The notes under the pieces were generated by a model. It saw only the letters and a program-made list of their open reading frames with translations. It searched no databases and was not told the DNA's origin. Positions 36,881 to 47,222 of a stretch of DNA of 64,000 bases are shown one piece after another (the first letter of the stretch is position 1; every line of letters starts with the position of its first letter). This DNA is from an uncultured Candidatus Poseidoniales archaeon. Lineage in GTDB: Archaea > Thermoplasmatota > Poseidoniia > Poseidoniales > Poseidoniaceae. Location of the stretch: the NCBI GenBank assembly GCA_902520595.1, contig CABYOM010000002.1, forward strand, positions 434 through 64,433, written 5' to 3'. Made by a program: the position numbers and the translations under genes.

Positions 36881-37180
36881 ATGGACATAGCAGTTGTTGG
36901 AACTCCAGAATTCACCCTTGGATTCCAACTTGCAGGTATTGATAATCTGCATAACCCAGAAGGCGAAGACGCAACCGTCTCGACCTTCAAAAAACTACTC
37001 AACAATAAGAGCGTAGGGATTGTCGTGGTTGACTCCTCAATCCTAACTACGCTGCCAGAGCGTCTTCGTGACCAACTCTCGGCATCCGTCTCTCCGACCG
37101 TGCTTGGCATTGGAACGGAAGAAGACACTACCTTACGAGACACAATTCGTAAGGCTATAGGAGTCGACCTGTGGAAGTAA
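36881..37180 (+). CDS. atpF: A-type ATP synthase subunit F
   Basis: 99-aa protein ([20 protein letters not shown]...) with the conserved subunit-F fold signature. Its position lies between C and A. Confidence 0.75.
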   Translation: MDIAVVGTPEFTLGFQLAGIDNLHNPEGEDATVSTFKKLLNNKSVGIVVVDSSILTTLPERLRDQLSASVSPTVLGIGTEEDTTLRDTIRKAIGVDLWK

Positions 37181-37208
37181 TGTTCCAAACTATATGGAGG
37201 AAATAAAA

Positions 37209-38948
37209 ATGAGCAATGAAGGAGTAATTTACCGAATATCGGGACCTGTTGTAACCGCAACTGGCATGAAAGCTGCAATGTATGACGTGGTTCGTGTTGG
37301 TGACGAAGGTTTGATGGGCGAAGTAATTGAACTGCACGGCGATAAAGCCGTTATCCAAGTGTACGAAGATACCTCTGGTATTCGTCCTGGTGAACCAGTA
37401 TTGAATACCCAAGAAACGTTATCCGTCTCTTTAGGCCCAGGTCTCTTGACTCAAATTTACGATGGAATTCAGCGCCCTCTTCCAACTTTGGAAGAAGAAA
37501 TGGGCGTTTTCATTACTCGAGGTGTTGATGCAGATGCTTTCGACCTCGAAAAGATTTGGACGTTCGAGCCTCAAGTCGCTGTAGGCGATTCTGTGGTTGG
37601 CGGTCAAGTCATCGGTCACGTTCAAGAAACTGAAACAATCATTCACAAAATCATGGTACCTCCTACCGTCACTGGTGTTGTGAAATCGATTGAATCAGGT
37701 GATTACAACGTCACACAAACCGTGTGTGTTCTTGAAGACGGCACTGAGATGCAAATGATGCAGAAGTGGCCTGTTCGAACACCTCGTCCATTCCAGCAAA
37801 AGTATGCTCCGGATACTCCACTGATTACCGGTATGCGAATTCTGGATTTCTTGTTCCCACTTGCTAAGGGTGGAGCAGCAGGTATCCCTGGTCCTTTTGG
37901 TTCAGGAAAAACTGTTACTCAACAATCTCTCGCAAAGTATTCTGACGCTCAGCTGGTTGTCTATATCGGATGCGGAGAACGTGGAAACGAGATGACTGAA
38001 GTGTTGGACGAATTCCCTCACTTGATTGATCCAAACACCGGTAAGCCTTTGATGAACAGAACCGTCATGATTGCGAACACCTCCAACATGCCTGTTGCAG
38101 CACGTGAAGCATCTGTATATACTGGAATTACCATTGCAGAATACTTCCGTGATATGGGCTATGATGTCGCATTGATGGCAGACTCAACCTCTCGTTGGGC
38201 TGAAGCAATGCGTGAAATCTCCTCTCGTCTGGAAGAAATGCCAGGTGAAGAAGGATATCCTGCTTACTTGTCTTCTCGAATTGCTGAGTTCTATGAACGT
38301 GCTGGCCGTGTTGAAACCCTCAGTGGCGAAGACGGTTCAGTCACAGTCATTGGTGCAGTTTCACCTCCTGGTGGAGACATTTCCGAACCGGTTTCCCAAG
38401 GAACACTTCGTATTGTCAAGGTTTTCTGGGGACTGGATGCAGGTCTTGCCCGACAACGTCACTTCCCAGCGATTAACTGGCTAAACTCGTATTCCTTATA
38501 TCCGCAAAGTCTCGACCAGTGGTTCCGCGACAACATCGCTCAAGATTTCCCAGAAATTCGAACACAAGTCAGCGGTCTACTTCAAGTTGAAGCTGAATTG
38601 CAAGAAATCGTTCAATTGGTTGGTTCTGACGCACTTCCTGTTGACCAACAGTTGACTCTTGAAGTTGCTCGAATGATTCGAGAGTTCTTTTTGCAACAGA
38701 ACGGATTCCACGATGTTGATGCTTACTGTGACATCCACTTGCAATATCAAATGGCAAAGGCAATCCTTTCCTTCCAAGAATCTGCAAAGTCTGCTATGGC
38801 TGGCGGTGCACAACTCAATGATGTCGTCAACGTACCATCTCGTTCAGACCTTATGCGTGGTCGTTTCGAAAAGGGATACATCGACATCATCAACGACATG
38901 GTCAAGAAAATGACCGATGAAATCGCCGATACGGTGGAGGATAACTAA
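37209..38948 (+). CDS. atpA: A-type ATP synthase catalytic subunit A
   Basis: GGAGG lies 8 nt upstream of the ATG. The P-loop is [12 protein letters not shown]. The insertion characteristic of A subunits (the non-homologous region) is present. About 580 aa. Confidence 0.9.
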   Translation: MSNEGVIYRISGPVVTATGMKAAMYDVVRVGDEGLMGEVIELHGDKAVIQVYEDTSGIRPGEPVLNTQETLSVSLGPGLLTQIYDGIQRPLPTLEEEMGVFITRGVDADAFDLEKIWTFEPQVAVGDSVVGGQVIGHVQETETIIHKIMVPPTVTGVVKSIESGDYNVTQTVCVLEDGTEMQMMQKWPVRTPRPFQQKYAPDTPLITGMRILDFLFPLAKGGAAGIPGPFGSGKTVTQQSLAKYSDAQLVVYIGCGERGNEMTEVLDEFPHLIDPNTGKPLMNRTVMIANTSNMPVAAREASVYTGITIAEYFRDMGYDVALMADSTSRWAEAMREISSRLEEMPGEEGYPAYLSSRIAEFYERAGRVETLSGEDGSVTVIGAVSPPGGDISEPVSQGTLRIVKVFWGLDAGLARQRHFPAINWLNSYSLYPQSLDQWFRDNIAQDFPEIRTQVSGLLQVEAELQEIVQLVGSDALPVDQQLTLEVARMIREFFLQQNGFHDVDAYCDIHLQYQMAKAILSFQESAKSAMAGGAQLNDVVNVPSRSDLMRGRFEKGYIDIINDMVKKMTDEIADTVEDN

Positions 38949-38961
38949 GGAGAGGAATATC

Positions 38962-40341
38962 ATGACTGGAAAAGAATACCGAACCATTACTGACGTGAAA
39001 GGCCCACTGGTCTTTTTGAACAAAACTGAACCTGTTGCTTTTGGTGAAATCGTAACTCTACGACTCTCCAATGGAACCATCAAGAACGGACAAGTTCTCG
39101 ATACTTCTGACGATCTTGTTATCGTTCAAGTTTTCGAAGGGACATCCAAGATTGACCGAGAATCAGGTGTCACCTTCATGGGAGATGTTTTCAAACTCCC
39201 AGTGAGTACTGACCTTGTCGGTCGTATTCTGGATGGAGCAGGACGACCACGTGACGGCGGTCCTGAAATCGTAGCTGAAAAGAAAGCCGATATTATTGGT
39301 GCTGCAATTAACCCATACAGCCGACAGAGTCCAAATGATTTCATTCAAACCGGTGTCTCTGCAATCGACCTGTGTACAAGTCTTGTTCGTGGACAAAAGT
39401 TGCCGATTTTCTCAGCATCTGGTCTTCCACACAACGATATTGCTTTGCAAATTGCTCGTCAAGCGAAACTCAAGGATTCTGATGAAGAGTTCGTTGTTGT
39501 ATTCTGCGCAATGGGAATCACTGCTGAAGAATACAATTTCTTCCGTTCCGACTTAGAGCGCACAGGCGCTCTTGAAAATGCTGTATTGTTCGTCAATCTT
39601 GCTGACGACCCTGCTGTCGAGCGAATTATTACCCCTCGTCTGGCATTGACCGCAGCAGAATATCTTGCGTTTGAGAAAGATTACCACGTCTTGGTTATCT
39701 ATACAGACATGACCAATTATTGTGACGCTCTGCGACAAATTGGTGCTGCTCGTGAAGAAGTACCTGGACGACGTGGATACCCGGGATACATGTATACCGA
39801 TTTGGCAATGCTCTACGAACGTGCAGGTATTATCAAGAACAAGAAGGGTTCAATCACTCAATTCCCAATTCTGACCATGCCTGGTGACGATATTACGCAC
39901 CCAATTCCTGATTTGTCTGGTTATATTACTGAAGGACAAATCGTTATTTCACGTGAATTGCACCAACAAGGTATCTATCCGCCAATCAACGTTCTGCCAT
40001 CACTCTCTCGTTTGATGGGTTCATGTATCGGTGAGAAGACGACACGTGAAGACCACAAGTCCGTTTCAGACCAGATGTATGCTGCATATGCTCAGGGACG
40101 TGAGTTGCGTGGATTAGTCGCTATTGTTGGTGAGGATGCACTGAATGAGCGTGACAAGCAATTGCTTGACTTCTCGGGCGTTTTCGAAGACAAGTTCCTC
40201 CGCCAAACCCGTGATGAAGACCGTTCAATTGAGGAGACTCTTGATTTGTGCTGGAATTTGATGTCGTCAATCGACACCAAGTATCTTGTCCGTCTTGACC
40301 AAAAGTGGATCGATAAGTATCATCCAGATAACAAGGCTTGA
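38962..40341 (+). CDS. atpB: A-type ATP synthase subunit B (non-catalytic)
   Basis: AAGGAGAGG Shine-Dalgarno sequence. Conserved alpha/beta-family blocks ([24 protein letters not shown]), without a canonical P-loop Lys. Confidence 0.9.
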   Translation: MTGKEYRTITDVKGPLVFLNKTEPVAFGEIVTLRLSNGTIKNGQVLDTSDDLVIVQVFEGTSKIDRESGVTFMGDVFKLPVSTDLVGRILDGAGRPRDGGPEIVAEKKADIIGAAINPYSRQSPNDFIQTGVSAIDLCTSLVRGQKLPIFSASGLPHNDIALQIARQAKLKDSDEEFVVVFCAMGITAEEYNFFRSDLERTGALENAVLFVNLADDPAVERIITPRLALTAAEYLAFEKDYHVLVIYTDMTNYCDALRQIGAAREEVPGRRGYPGYMYTDLAMLYERAGIIKNKKGSITQFPILTMPGDDITHPIPDLSGYITEGQIVISRELHQQGIYPPINVLPSLSRLMGSCIGEKTTREDHKSVSDQMYAAYAQGRELRGLVAIVGEDALNERDKQLLDFSGVFEDKFLRQTRDEDRSIEETLDLCWNLMSSIDTKYLVRLDQKWIDKYHPDNKA

Positions 40342-40376
40342 GACCAATTATTGGATGCAAGAGGAGGTGAAAGAAC

Positions 40377-40994
40377 ATGGCACTCGACATCAAACCAACC
40401 CGCAGTGAGTTGATTAAACTCAAGGGACGGATTAAGCAAACCAAAAACGGTTACAAGTTGCTTAAGATGAAGCGAGACGGTTTGTTTCACGAGTTCCGAA
40501 CACTTCTTTCCGACATGATTGCTGCAAAGCGTGACCTCACCGATACGTACCGTATGGCTAAACAGCGAATTGACCTTGCAAATGCGATTGAAGGAGGATT
40601 GGCTGTCCGTGCTGCTGCGATTGCAAACACCGGTCATCCAGAAGTTGAAGTTGAACGCCGAAACATCATGGGTGTCGTTGTTCCAAGTGTGAGTGGGACC
40701 AATTTGAAATCCACCTTTGAAGAGCGAGGCGTCGGATACATTGGTTCATCACCGTATATCGATGAAGCTGGAGAATCATTTGGTAACTTGATTGAAAAGA
40801 TTGTCAAAGCCTCGGAAATGGAAGCTACGCTCAAGCGTCTCCTTCAAGAAATCGAGGCGACCAAGCGACGTGTCAATGCTTTGGAGTTCAAGGTAATCCC
40901 TGAACTTGAAGAAGCACGAGTCTTCATTCAACTCCGTCTTGAAGAAATGGAACGAGAAGAAACGTTCCGTCTCAAGCGTTTCAAGAACAAGTGA
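40377..40994 (+). CDS. atpD: A-type ATP synthase subunit D (central stalk)
   Basis: GAGGAGGTGA Shine-Dalgarno sequence. The N-terminus MALDIKPTRSELIKLKGRIKQTKNGYKLLK is the subunit-D signature coiled coil. Confidence 0.85.
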   Translation: MALDIKPTRSELIKLKGRIKQTKNGYKLLKMKRDGLFHEFRTLLSDMIAAKRDLTDTYRMAKQRIDLANAIEGGLAVRAAAIANTGHPEVEVERRNIMGVVVPSVSGTNLKSTFEERGVGYIGSSPYIDEAGESFGNLIEKIVKASEMEATLKRLLQEIEATKRRVNALEFKVIPELEEARVFIQLRLEEMEREETFRLKRFKNK

Positions 40995-41069
40995 TTTCGC
41001 TCAACCCATTAGCAGGTTGAGGGATTCCTTCAAAGGGGAAGCAGAATTACAAAGATTTGAGGAGATAGT

Positions 41070-43628
41070 ATGCCTGACAACTTTGATGACTCTTTGGCTG
41101 AAGATTCTCCTCAAGAATCGATGCCTGCTCATCGTTCAGAATGGAAGCAACAGGATTTGCTAGCATCAATACTGAGTCGCTTTTTTTATCTCTCAAACAA
41201 CATGTCGGGAGGAATTCTTCCGGCATGGGCGGTATCACCTAAAGACGACAAGGAAATCGACGATTGTCTCGATGAAGCGAACGCCCACCTCAAGAAACTC
41301 GGTTGGGCTGCAAAATTATCCCAAAACGAAGGTTGGATAGTCCAACTGTTCCCTCTTCCTGAACGACAATTCCCATCACGGAATGTCACGCTGATGATGT
41401 GGACTTTTTCGGCACTAACCCTCACACTTGCAGGCGCTTATTGGATGGATGGTTCACGTCCATCTGGTGGCTGGTTTTCAGATTCTACCTTTACAGATTC
41501 TGTACTTGGATACACGCTTCCAGTTCTTGGAAGCCTTTTTGTTGCTTCACACATTCAAAAGAGGGTTGCTTCTCACTTCAATCACCGTGTTGGACACATT
41601 ACTCCAATACCTGAACCAACCATCTCTCTGTGGAGTTTGGGTTTACTTTCCCAAGCCTCTTTGGTTTGGCCATTTGGTCTCTTCCTCATACCGACCTTGC
41701 CTCGCATGGATGCTCGATTATGGGACGATCGCAAAGTCTTGGGATGGGTTGCTGTATCTGTCCCTGCCACATTGATAACTCTCGGTATGCTGTTGTGGGG
41801 ACTCGGGTTATGGCTTACCCCCGAATATGTTGCGGTTACTGGTTCGCAAAATGTGGCTCAAGCCCCCTTCTTAATCGAAATTTTAGGTCAATGGCAAATC
41901 GACGGTTATCTCAACCGGTTAATTTGGTCTCATCCATTTGTCAAAGCCGGTGCCCTGTTGACTTTTTTTGGTTGGATATCTCTTCTTCCGATACCAACCT
42001 TCCCTGGCGGCCGAATAATGATTGCTCGTGCTGGTCCATCTGAAGCCCGAAGCAGCAATAATCAAATTTTCATATTCCTCCTCATACTTGCTTTCGCCTG
42101 GATGTTTGATGCCTTCAATGGCTTTACAATTTGGATTTTTGTCCTGACATTAATTTTGCCTTTATTGCTTTTCATGGGTACGGACAGAAGTTCCCCACTT
42201 ATTCTCAACGAACCGAAGGGGCTCGACTTACCGGCGATGAAAAATATCGGATTTGTCATGCTTATCGCGGTATTATTCGCTTTACCAAGTCAGGTTCCAT
42301 TCCAAATTGATACAGAATGGAATTCTGAAGCTGAATATGATATTGATACGAATTATACTGCACTACAGATAGACGGTCAGTGGAATGCTTTGGTCTCAGT
42401 TCACGTGATGAACCCCTCTTCAGTCAACCGTGATTGGGCAGTTGACTTTGACAACCATAATCCGCATTTAGACGCTTGGGAGAGTTCGTGGGACTGTGAT
42501 GGTGAAGATTCACTCAATGTCAACGGAGGAGGTTGTGGAAGCACCTTACCGCCTCATACGCACACGACTGTCGTCCTTAACCTCACATGGAGCGAACAAT
42601 CGTTCGAACCTACGACGTTAGATTTTTCTTTGATTTCTCTCACTGAAGGTGAATATGATAGCCATGCTATTTCCATTCGCCCTGACCTTCCAGTTCATCC
42701 TGAAACTCCTTGGCAGATGTATTTTGATGAAGGCGAAATGAAACGGTGCATGGACCTTCAATCGTCTACGGATGATGTTCTGAATGTTACTTTCCCGAAT
42801 GCTGGACAAGTTTCCAATCTTCAATCTCGATTGCAGTGGATTGAAGGGTATAGCAACCTCTCGGCTAGTTTCGAACAGACTCCAGATCGCCTTTGTATAC
42901 GTGGTTTAGACCCTGTTGTATTGCGCACTTCTGAATTGGATCATGTTCAACTCAACAACTATACTTTCGATGGTGGTTTGCCTGAACTACCTTTAGTCGC
43001 TGTTGTTCCAGAAACTGGATGGAATATTACCAGTGACCCATCGCTAGGTTGGGGATTTATGCTCAATTCAAGTGGTCTTTTGAGTTCAATTGACGATCTG
43101 TGCCCACTTAACCCGTCCCTCTCAATACCTCCTTCCCCTTCAGAGGGTCAGTGGATTTGGGACCTCGATGTTCGAAAGATTTCCAATATCCCTGCTGTGG
43201 ACAACGCAAATGAATCACTCGTCGTTCAAATGTCAGACGACTCGAGTATGCATGTGTGCTCACCCGAACTTTCTGTTGAGCCGAAATTCAATTTCACTGT
43301 TGAGCAAGGTCCTGAACTGATTTTCCAACGCTACAACACCTCTCATCGAATCTGGTCGAACATGTGGATGGCCGCCCACAATGACTCCCTCATACAACCC
43401 GGAGGCGCCACATTTTCGGTCTATAGTTCAAGCAACGTATCGGTTCCTGTACAGTTGAACTATCAAGGAAATGGAGAGCAATGGACAACAGTTCTCTCAA
43501 CCAATACACTGCAATTTGGATGGAACTCATTTGAATTTGAACCATCGACGAGTAATTCTACTCTTTCGACGCTTTGGTTTGATCACCAAGATGGGGCCCT
43601 TGTCATCCATCTGTCAAGTTATGTATGA
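41070..43628 (+). CDS. polytopic membrane protein with site-2-protease (M50)-like transmembrane core lacking catalytic motifs, fused to about 450-aa N-glycosylated C-terminal ectodomain
   Basis: The C-terminal TM block GWISLLPIPTFPGGRIMIARAG...IFIFLLILAFAWMFDAF parallels the RseP/S2P NLLPIPVLDGGHLL...LFNDF region, but LDG is replaced by FPG. The N-terminal region where HExxH is expected reads VASHIQKRVASHFNHRVGH. The ectodomain is rich in N-x-S/T sequons. Confidence 0.5.
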   Translation: MPDNFDDSLAEDSPQESMPAHRSEWKQQDLLASILSRFFYLSNNMSGGILPAWAVSPKDDKEIDDCLDEANAHLKKLGWAAKLSQNEGWIVQLFPLPERQFPSRNVTLMMWTFSALTLTLAGAYWMDGSRPSGGWFSDSTFTDSVLGYTLPVLGSLFVASHIQKRVASHFNHRVGHITPIPEPTISLWSLGLLSQASLVWPFGLFLIPTLPRMDARLWDDRKVLGWVAVSVPATLITLGMLLWGLGLWLTPEYVAVTGSQNVAQAPFLIEILGQWQIDGYLNRLIWSHPFVKAGALLTFFGWISLLPIPTFPGGRIMIARAGPSEARSSNNQIFIFLLILAFAWMFDAFNGFTIWIFVLTLILPLLLFMGTDRSSPLILNEPKGLDLPAMKNIGFVMLIAVLFALPSQVPFQIDTEWNSEAEYDIDTNYTALQIDGQWNALVSVHVMNPSSVNRDWAVDFDNHNPHLDAWESSWDCDGEDSLNVNGGGCGSTLPPHTHTTVVLNLTWSEQSFEPTTLDFSLISLTEGEYDSHAISIRPDLPVHPETPWQMYFDEGEMKRCMDLQSSTDDVLNVTFPNAGQVSNLQSRLQWIEGYSNLSASFEQTPDRLCIRGLDPVVLRTSELDHVQLNNYTFDGGLPELPLVAVVPETGWNITSDPSLGWGFMLNSSGLLSSIDDLCPLNPSLSIPPSPSEGQWIWDLDVRKISNIPAVDNANESLVVQMSDDSSMHVCSPELSVEPKFNFTVEQGPELIFQRYNTSHRIWSNMWMAAHNDSLIQPGGATFSVYSSSNVSVPVQLNYQGNGEQWTTVLSTNTLQFGWNSFEFEPSTSNSTLSTLWFDHQDGALVIHLSSYV

Positions 43629-43637
43629 GGTGTCAAC

Positions 43638-44573
43638 ATGCGTATTGCAATCTTAGGAGCAGGTTCGCTTGGCTCCCTGTATGCGGCACTCCTCTCACGC
43701 GTTCACGGTGTTGAACTTCTTGTTCACGGTCAAGGACCTCATGGCGCTCACATGACTGCACATGGTTTGCAATTAGACGGAGAAGATACCCATTTCGTGT
43801 CGAACAGTGACGTCTTTTTCTCTCTTGAAGAGGTTGGTCTCCCAGAACAATCATTTGGAACAATCGACTTTGCTCTACTTACAGGTAAAGCGGAGCAGAC
43901 CTCCGCTCTGGCGCTCTTAGCCCACCGTTTGCTGAGTGAGAATGGAATGGCGCTCTGTTTGAGTAATGGTTTAGGCCATGCCGAGAAATGCATCGAAATT
44001 CTCGGTCCTCAGCGTGTTTTTGCTGCGACTTCTACTCATGGAGCTTGGCGTCCATCTGCGGGCGTTGTTCAATGGGCAGGTAAAGGACAGACCGTTCTCG
44101 GCTCATTACCGGGTGGTCCAGGAGAGACTGAAGCCAAACCCTTGCTGGATGCACTCTCATCTGCTGGTTTAGAACCAGTTTGGTCATCCGATGGTTTGGC
44201 TGCTATTTGGAAGAAGGTACTTCTCAATATTGCGATCAATCCTCTTGCTGCTTTGGCGGGGGCTGAAAACGGTACTTTATTGGAACCTGATTTATTTTCC
44301 TCTGCTTTTTCAACAATGCTCGAAGGTGCTGCAGTTGCTCGAATTGAGCGAGTAAACATTCCAGATGATGCTGAACTTGAGAATCTCTTACGACATGTCC
44401 TTACTGCGACCTCGTCTAACGTTTGCAGTATGCTTCAAGACATCAGGGCTGGCAGGAATACGGAAATTGCAGTGTTAAATCAAGCGATTTCTTTGCGTGG
44501 CGAACGTGCTGGAATTGCCACTCCACTCAATCAAATGCTGACTTCAATGGTCAAAGCCCTTCATCCTCGATAA
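43638..44573 (+). CDS. panE: 2-dehydropantoate 2-reductase (ApbA/PanE family)
   Basis: Rossmann motif MRIAILGAGSLGSLYAALL at the N-terminus, followed by the ketopantoate-reductase C-terminal helical domain. 311 aa. Confidence 0.7.
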   Translation: MRIAILGAGSLGSLYAALLSRVHGVELLVHGQGPHGAHMTAHGLQLDGEDTHFVSNSDVFFSLEEVGLPEQSFGTIDFALLTGKAEQTSALALLAHRLLSENGMALCLSNGLGHAEKCIEILGPQRVFAATSTHGAWRPSAGVVQWAGKGQTVLGSLPGGPGETEAKPLLDALSSAGLEPVWSSDGLAAIWKKVLLNIAINPLAALAGAENGTLLEPDLFSSAFSTMLEGAAVARIERVNIPDDAELENLLRHVLTATSSNVCSMLQDIRAGRNTEIAVLNQAISLRGERAGIATPLNQMLTSMVKALHPR

Positions 44574-46182
44574 GGTCTTTATTGTAATGCAGTCCTCTGT
44601 TTTCTGTGCGATTTAACGCATCTTCAGTGACCAATTGACCAACTAAAACCAGGTTTCTTAACTCTACAATTTGTCTTGAAGGAAGAGCCTTTCGCCAGAT
44701 GAAGTCTACTTCTTTTGATAGCAGTTCTAGGCGGCGAGAAGCGCGATGAAGCCGTGTAAATCTTCGAACAATACCAACTTCTCTGGACATTGTATTGCAC
44801 AGAGATTCTCTATCGTGGCTTAATGATACATGTTCAGTTAAGTTCTCCAACCCATCTGCACGCCAATCAGGTAACTTGCAATCTTTGGTTTGAGGTTTTG
44901 ATTCAATGATGTGATTGGCAGCACGCGCAGCATAAACGACCGCTTCAAGCAAACTGTTCGAAGCCAATCTATTGGCTCCATGCATTCCAGTACAGGCAAC
45001 TTCCCCAATAGCATACAATGACGGTAAAACCCCCCCCGTATCTCGACAATGCGGTCTACCAACATCGTCAACAGCCAATCCTCCAACGATATAGTGGGCA
45101 GCAGGTGAAACTGGCAACGGGTCCCTACCAAGGACCAAGTTATGTCTCTTGAGGCGATTTTGAATATTGGGGAAGTGGTCTTGCAGGTGTTCCTGATTGA
45201 GATGGGACGTGATAAGATGAACATGCTTGTCTCCAGTTTCCTTCAACTGTTGGTCAATAGCGCGTGCGACGATGTCGCGAGTTGCCATTGAACCGAGAGG
45301 AGAGTGGTTGAGTGTGAATGAAAAAGGACCGGGCAAGACTTCAACACCTTTTTCTTTCGCCAATTTGACTTCAGCCTGCCAGTTACGAAGCCCTTCACCG
45401 TCAAGGATGACTCCACCTTCCCCTCTCATTGCTTCGGTGATTAAGAATGGTCGATCAGAATTGACGGCCAAGGCTGTCGGGTGGAACTGAATAAAGGCCA
45501 TGTCTTTGACTGCTGCTCCAGCTCTGTAAGCCATTGCTAATCCATCACCAGTTGCCACCGGCGGGTTCGTCGTTTGAGACCATAATTGTCCGACACCTCC
45601 AGTCGCTAGCATCAATACATCAGCAGGTTCGGTAAAGACCGTATCGTTTTCTTGATTTAAGCACCAGACACCAGCAATACCTTTTGACGGATTTTTATGT
45701 TCTGTTTGAATCAAATCTATCGCTAATGTATTGGGTTTGAGTATGATGTTGGGATGAGCGCTTGCAGCATCATTTAATGCACGTTCAATCTCTTTTCCAG
45801 TGGCATCTTTAGCGTGTAAAATCCGCCGTTCGGAATGCCCTCCTTCCTTTACAAAGTGAAATTCACCATCGGCATCGGTTTCAAATCGAACGCCAATGTT
45901 CAGTAAATCGTGGATTCTCGCTCCAGATTCTTCAATGACGCTACGAACGACTTTTTCATCGCACATACCGTCGCCGCTGACCAGTGTGTCGCTGATGTGT
46001 GAATTAAGGCCTAAACCATCGGTTTTATCGAGAATAGCAGCAATACCGCCTTGAGCCCAATTTGTTGAGGAATCTACTGGCCGTTGCTTAGTTATGACGG
46101 TTACGTCGTGCCCAGCATCTGCAAGCCGTAAAGCGGCAAATAAGCCTGCAATTCCACTTCCAATGATGACGATACGTGCCAT
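44551..46182 (-). CDS. nadB: L-aspartate oxidase (NadB; fumarate reductase/succinate dehydrogenase flavoprotein family)
   Basis: FAD-binding motif MARIVIIGSGIAGLFAALRLA. Conserved blocks GGIAA, ATGGVGQLW, and RPHCRDTGG...LYAIGEVACTGMHGANRLASNSLLE. It lacks the long C-terminal domain of SdhA. Confidence 0.75.
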   Translation of the reverse strand: MARIVIIGSGIAGLFAALRLADAGHDVTVITKQRPVDSSTNWAQGGIAAILDKTDGLGLNSHISDTLVSGDGMCDEKVVRSVIEESGARIHDLLNIGVRFETDADGEFHFVKEGGHSERRILHAKDATGKEIERALNDAASAHPNIILKPNTLAIDLIQTEHKNPSKGIAGVWCLNQENDTVFTEPADVLMLATGGVGQLWSQTTNPPVATGDGLAMAYRAGAAVKDMAFIQFHPTALAVNSDRPFLITEAMRGEGGVILDGEGLRNWQAEVKLAKEKGVEVLPGPFSFTLNHSPLGSMATRDIVARAIDQQLKETGDKHVHLITSHLNQEHLQDHFPNIQNRLKRHNLVLGRDPLPVSPAAHYIVGGLAVDDVGRPHCRDTGGVLPSLYAIGEVACTGMHGANRLASNSLLEAVVYAARAANHIIESKPQTKDCKLPDWRADGLENLTEHVSLSHDRESLCNTMSREVGIVRRFTRLHRASRRLELLSKEVDFIWRKALPSRQIVELRNLVLVGQLVTEDALNRTENRGLHYNKDLIEDEGL

Positions 46183-46248
46183 GAGTATCCCGCCTACATT
46201 GAGGGGTGCATGCTGCCCCATTTCACCTCATCGGAAAGCGAAACCGCT

Positions 46249-47055
46249 ATGTTCGGCCCACGATTACATCCTCATATGGCGAGCATTCGTGATGTTCTCG
46301 GAATCCTTTTTGGAACATTCCTCGTCGGTTTCTCTATCGGTAATGCTGGTCTTGGAAAAGTTGCTCCTTACTTCATTAACGGAGCCGAAAATACGAAGAT
46401 GATAATCACCAGAATGTTTGAGCCGCATTGCAGTATATCCATCATCGAAGAAGAATTAGCGAATGGTGATCAACCCTACTGTCTTGATGCAGTTGGCGTT
46501 TGGGATGGCGTTGATTTCTTGTTTCTCGGACTCGGATTGTTTGTCTTGCTGTATGGGCGTGTTGGTTTTACCCGAGTAGGAAGGCGCTCTCAGCGCCTCT
46601 ATCACGTTCTTTTCGCTACCGGTGCTGCATTGTTTAGCATCGCTATCCTTGACCGACTCAACTTTTTGCCGCGTGCTGCAAGTTCAGAAGGAATTTCAGA
46701 ACTCATCCCTTTCTATGTTCATCCTTTCTTGGTTCAGTGCATCATTGCTGCAATTGGGGCTTTCCTAATGGCTGGGCCAAAATATTGGGAAGCTGAAGCA
46801 ATTGAACAATCAAGGGAGCGATTAACCAAGCAAAGAGATGTTGCTGATGCTTTTAGAGGTACTTTTGGTTCGGTTAAAATGTCTCTCTCATCTCGAAGTG
46901 GTACGACGAAACGAATCGCTCGCAGTCGGATTCTCAAAAAGGATTCTCACTTGCACATGACTCGAATGCCGTCAAAAAGTATCAAAGTTCTTGCAACTTG
47001 TCCATATTGTAAGGGCGGCGGATGTAAGGAATGTGGCAATACAGGGACACTGTGA
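46249..47055 (+). CDS. membrane protein (4 TM) with C-terminal CxxC...CxxC zinc-ribbon
   Basis: Hydrophobic helices are followed by a charged linker and a terminal CPYCKGGGCKECGNTG zinc ribbon. Start uncertain (ATG at 46249 or 46276). Confidence 0.45.
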   Translation: MFGPRLHPHMASIRDVLGILFGTFLVGFSIGNAGLGKVAPYFINGAENTKMIITRMFEPHCSISIIEEELANGDQPYCLDAVGVWDGVDFLFLGLGLFVLLYGRVGFTRVGRRSQRLYHVLFATGAALFSIAILDRLNFLPRAASSEGISELIPFYVHPFLVQCIIAAIGAFLMAGPKYWEAEAIEQSRERLTKQRDVADAFRGTFGSVKMSLSSRSGTTKRIARSRILKKDSHLHMTRMPSKSIKVLATCPYCKGGGCKECGNTGTL

Positions 47056-47222
47056 AGCATTCCTTTGTTTTGATATCTTTTGATTTGCAAGCCTTTCGGC
47101 TCGTTCAATTACATGGCCAAAACCACTGCACTGCCCCTCTCTGACTCGCATTGTTTAAGACCTGTGGGAGATGGGTGTCGAGAATAAGGTCGAAGGAAAC
47201 AACTTCGATTAGAGGGATAGGG

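Noticed and set aside
40998-41025. Hairpin CTCAACC-N8-GGTTGAG after atpD as an intrinsic terminator
   Set aside because: There is no following T-tract, and archaeal termination relies on oligo-T. It is kept only as a possible RNA structure separating atpD from the next gene.
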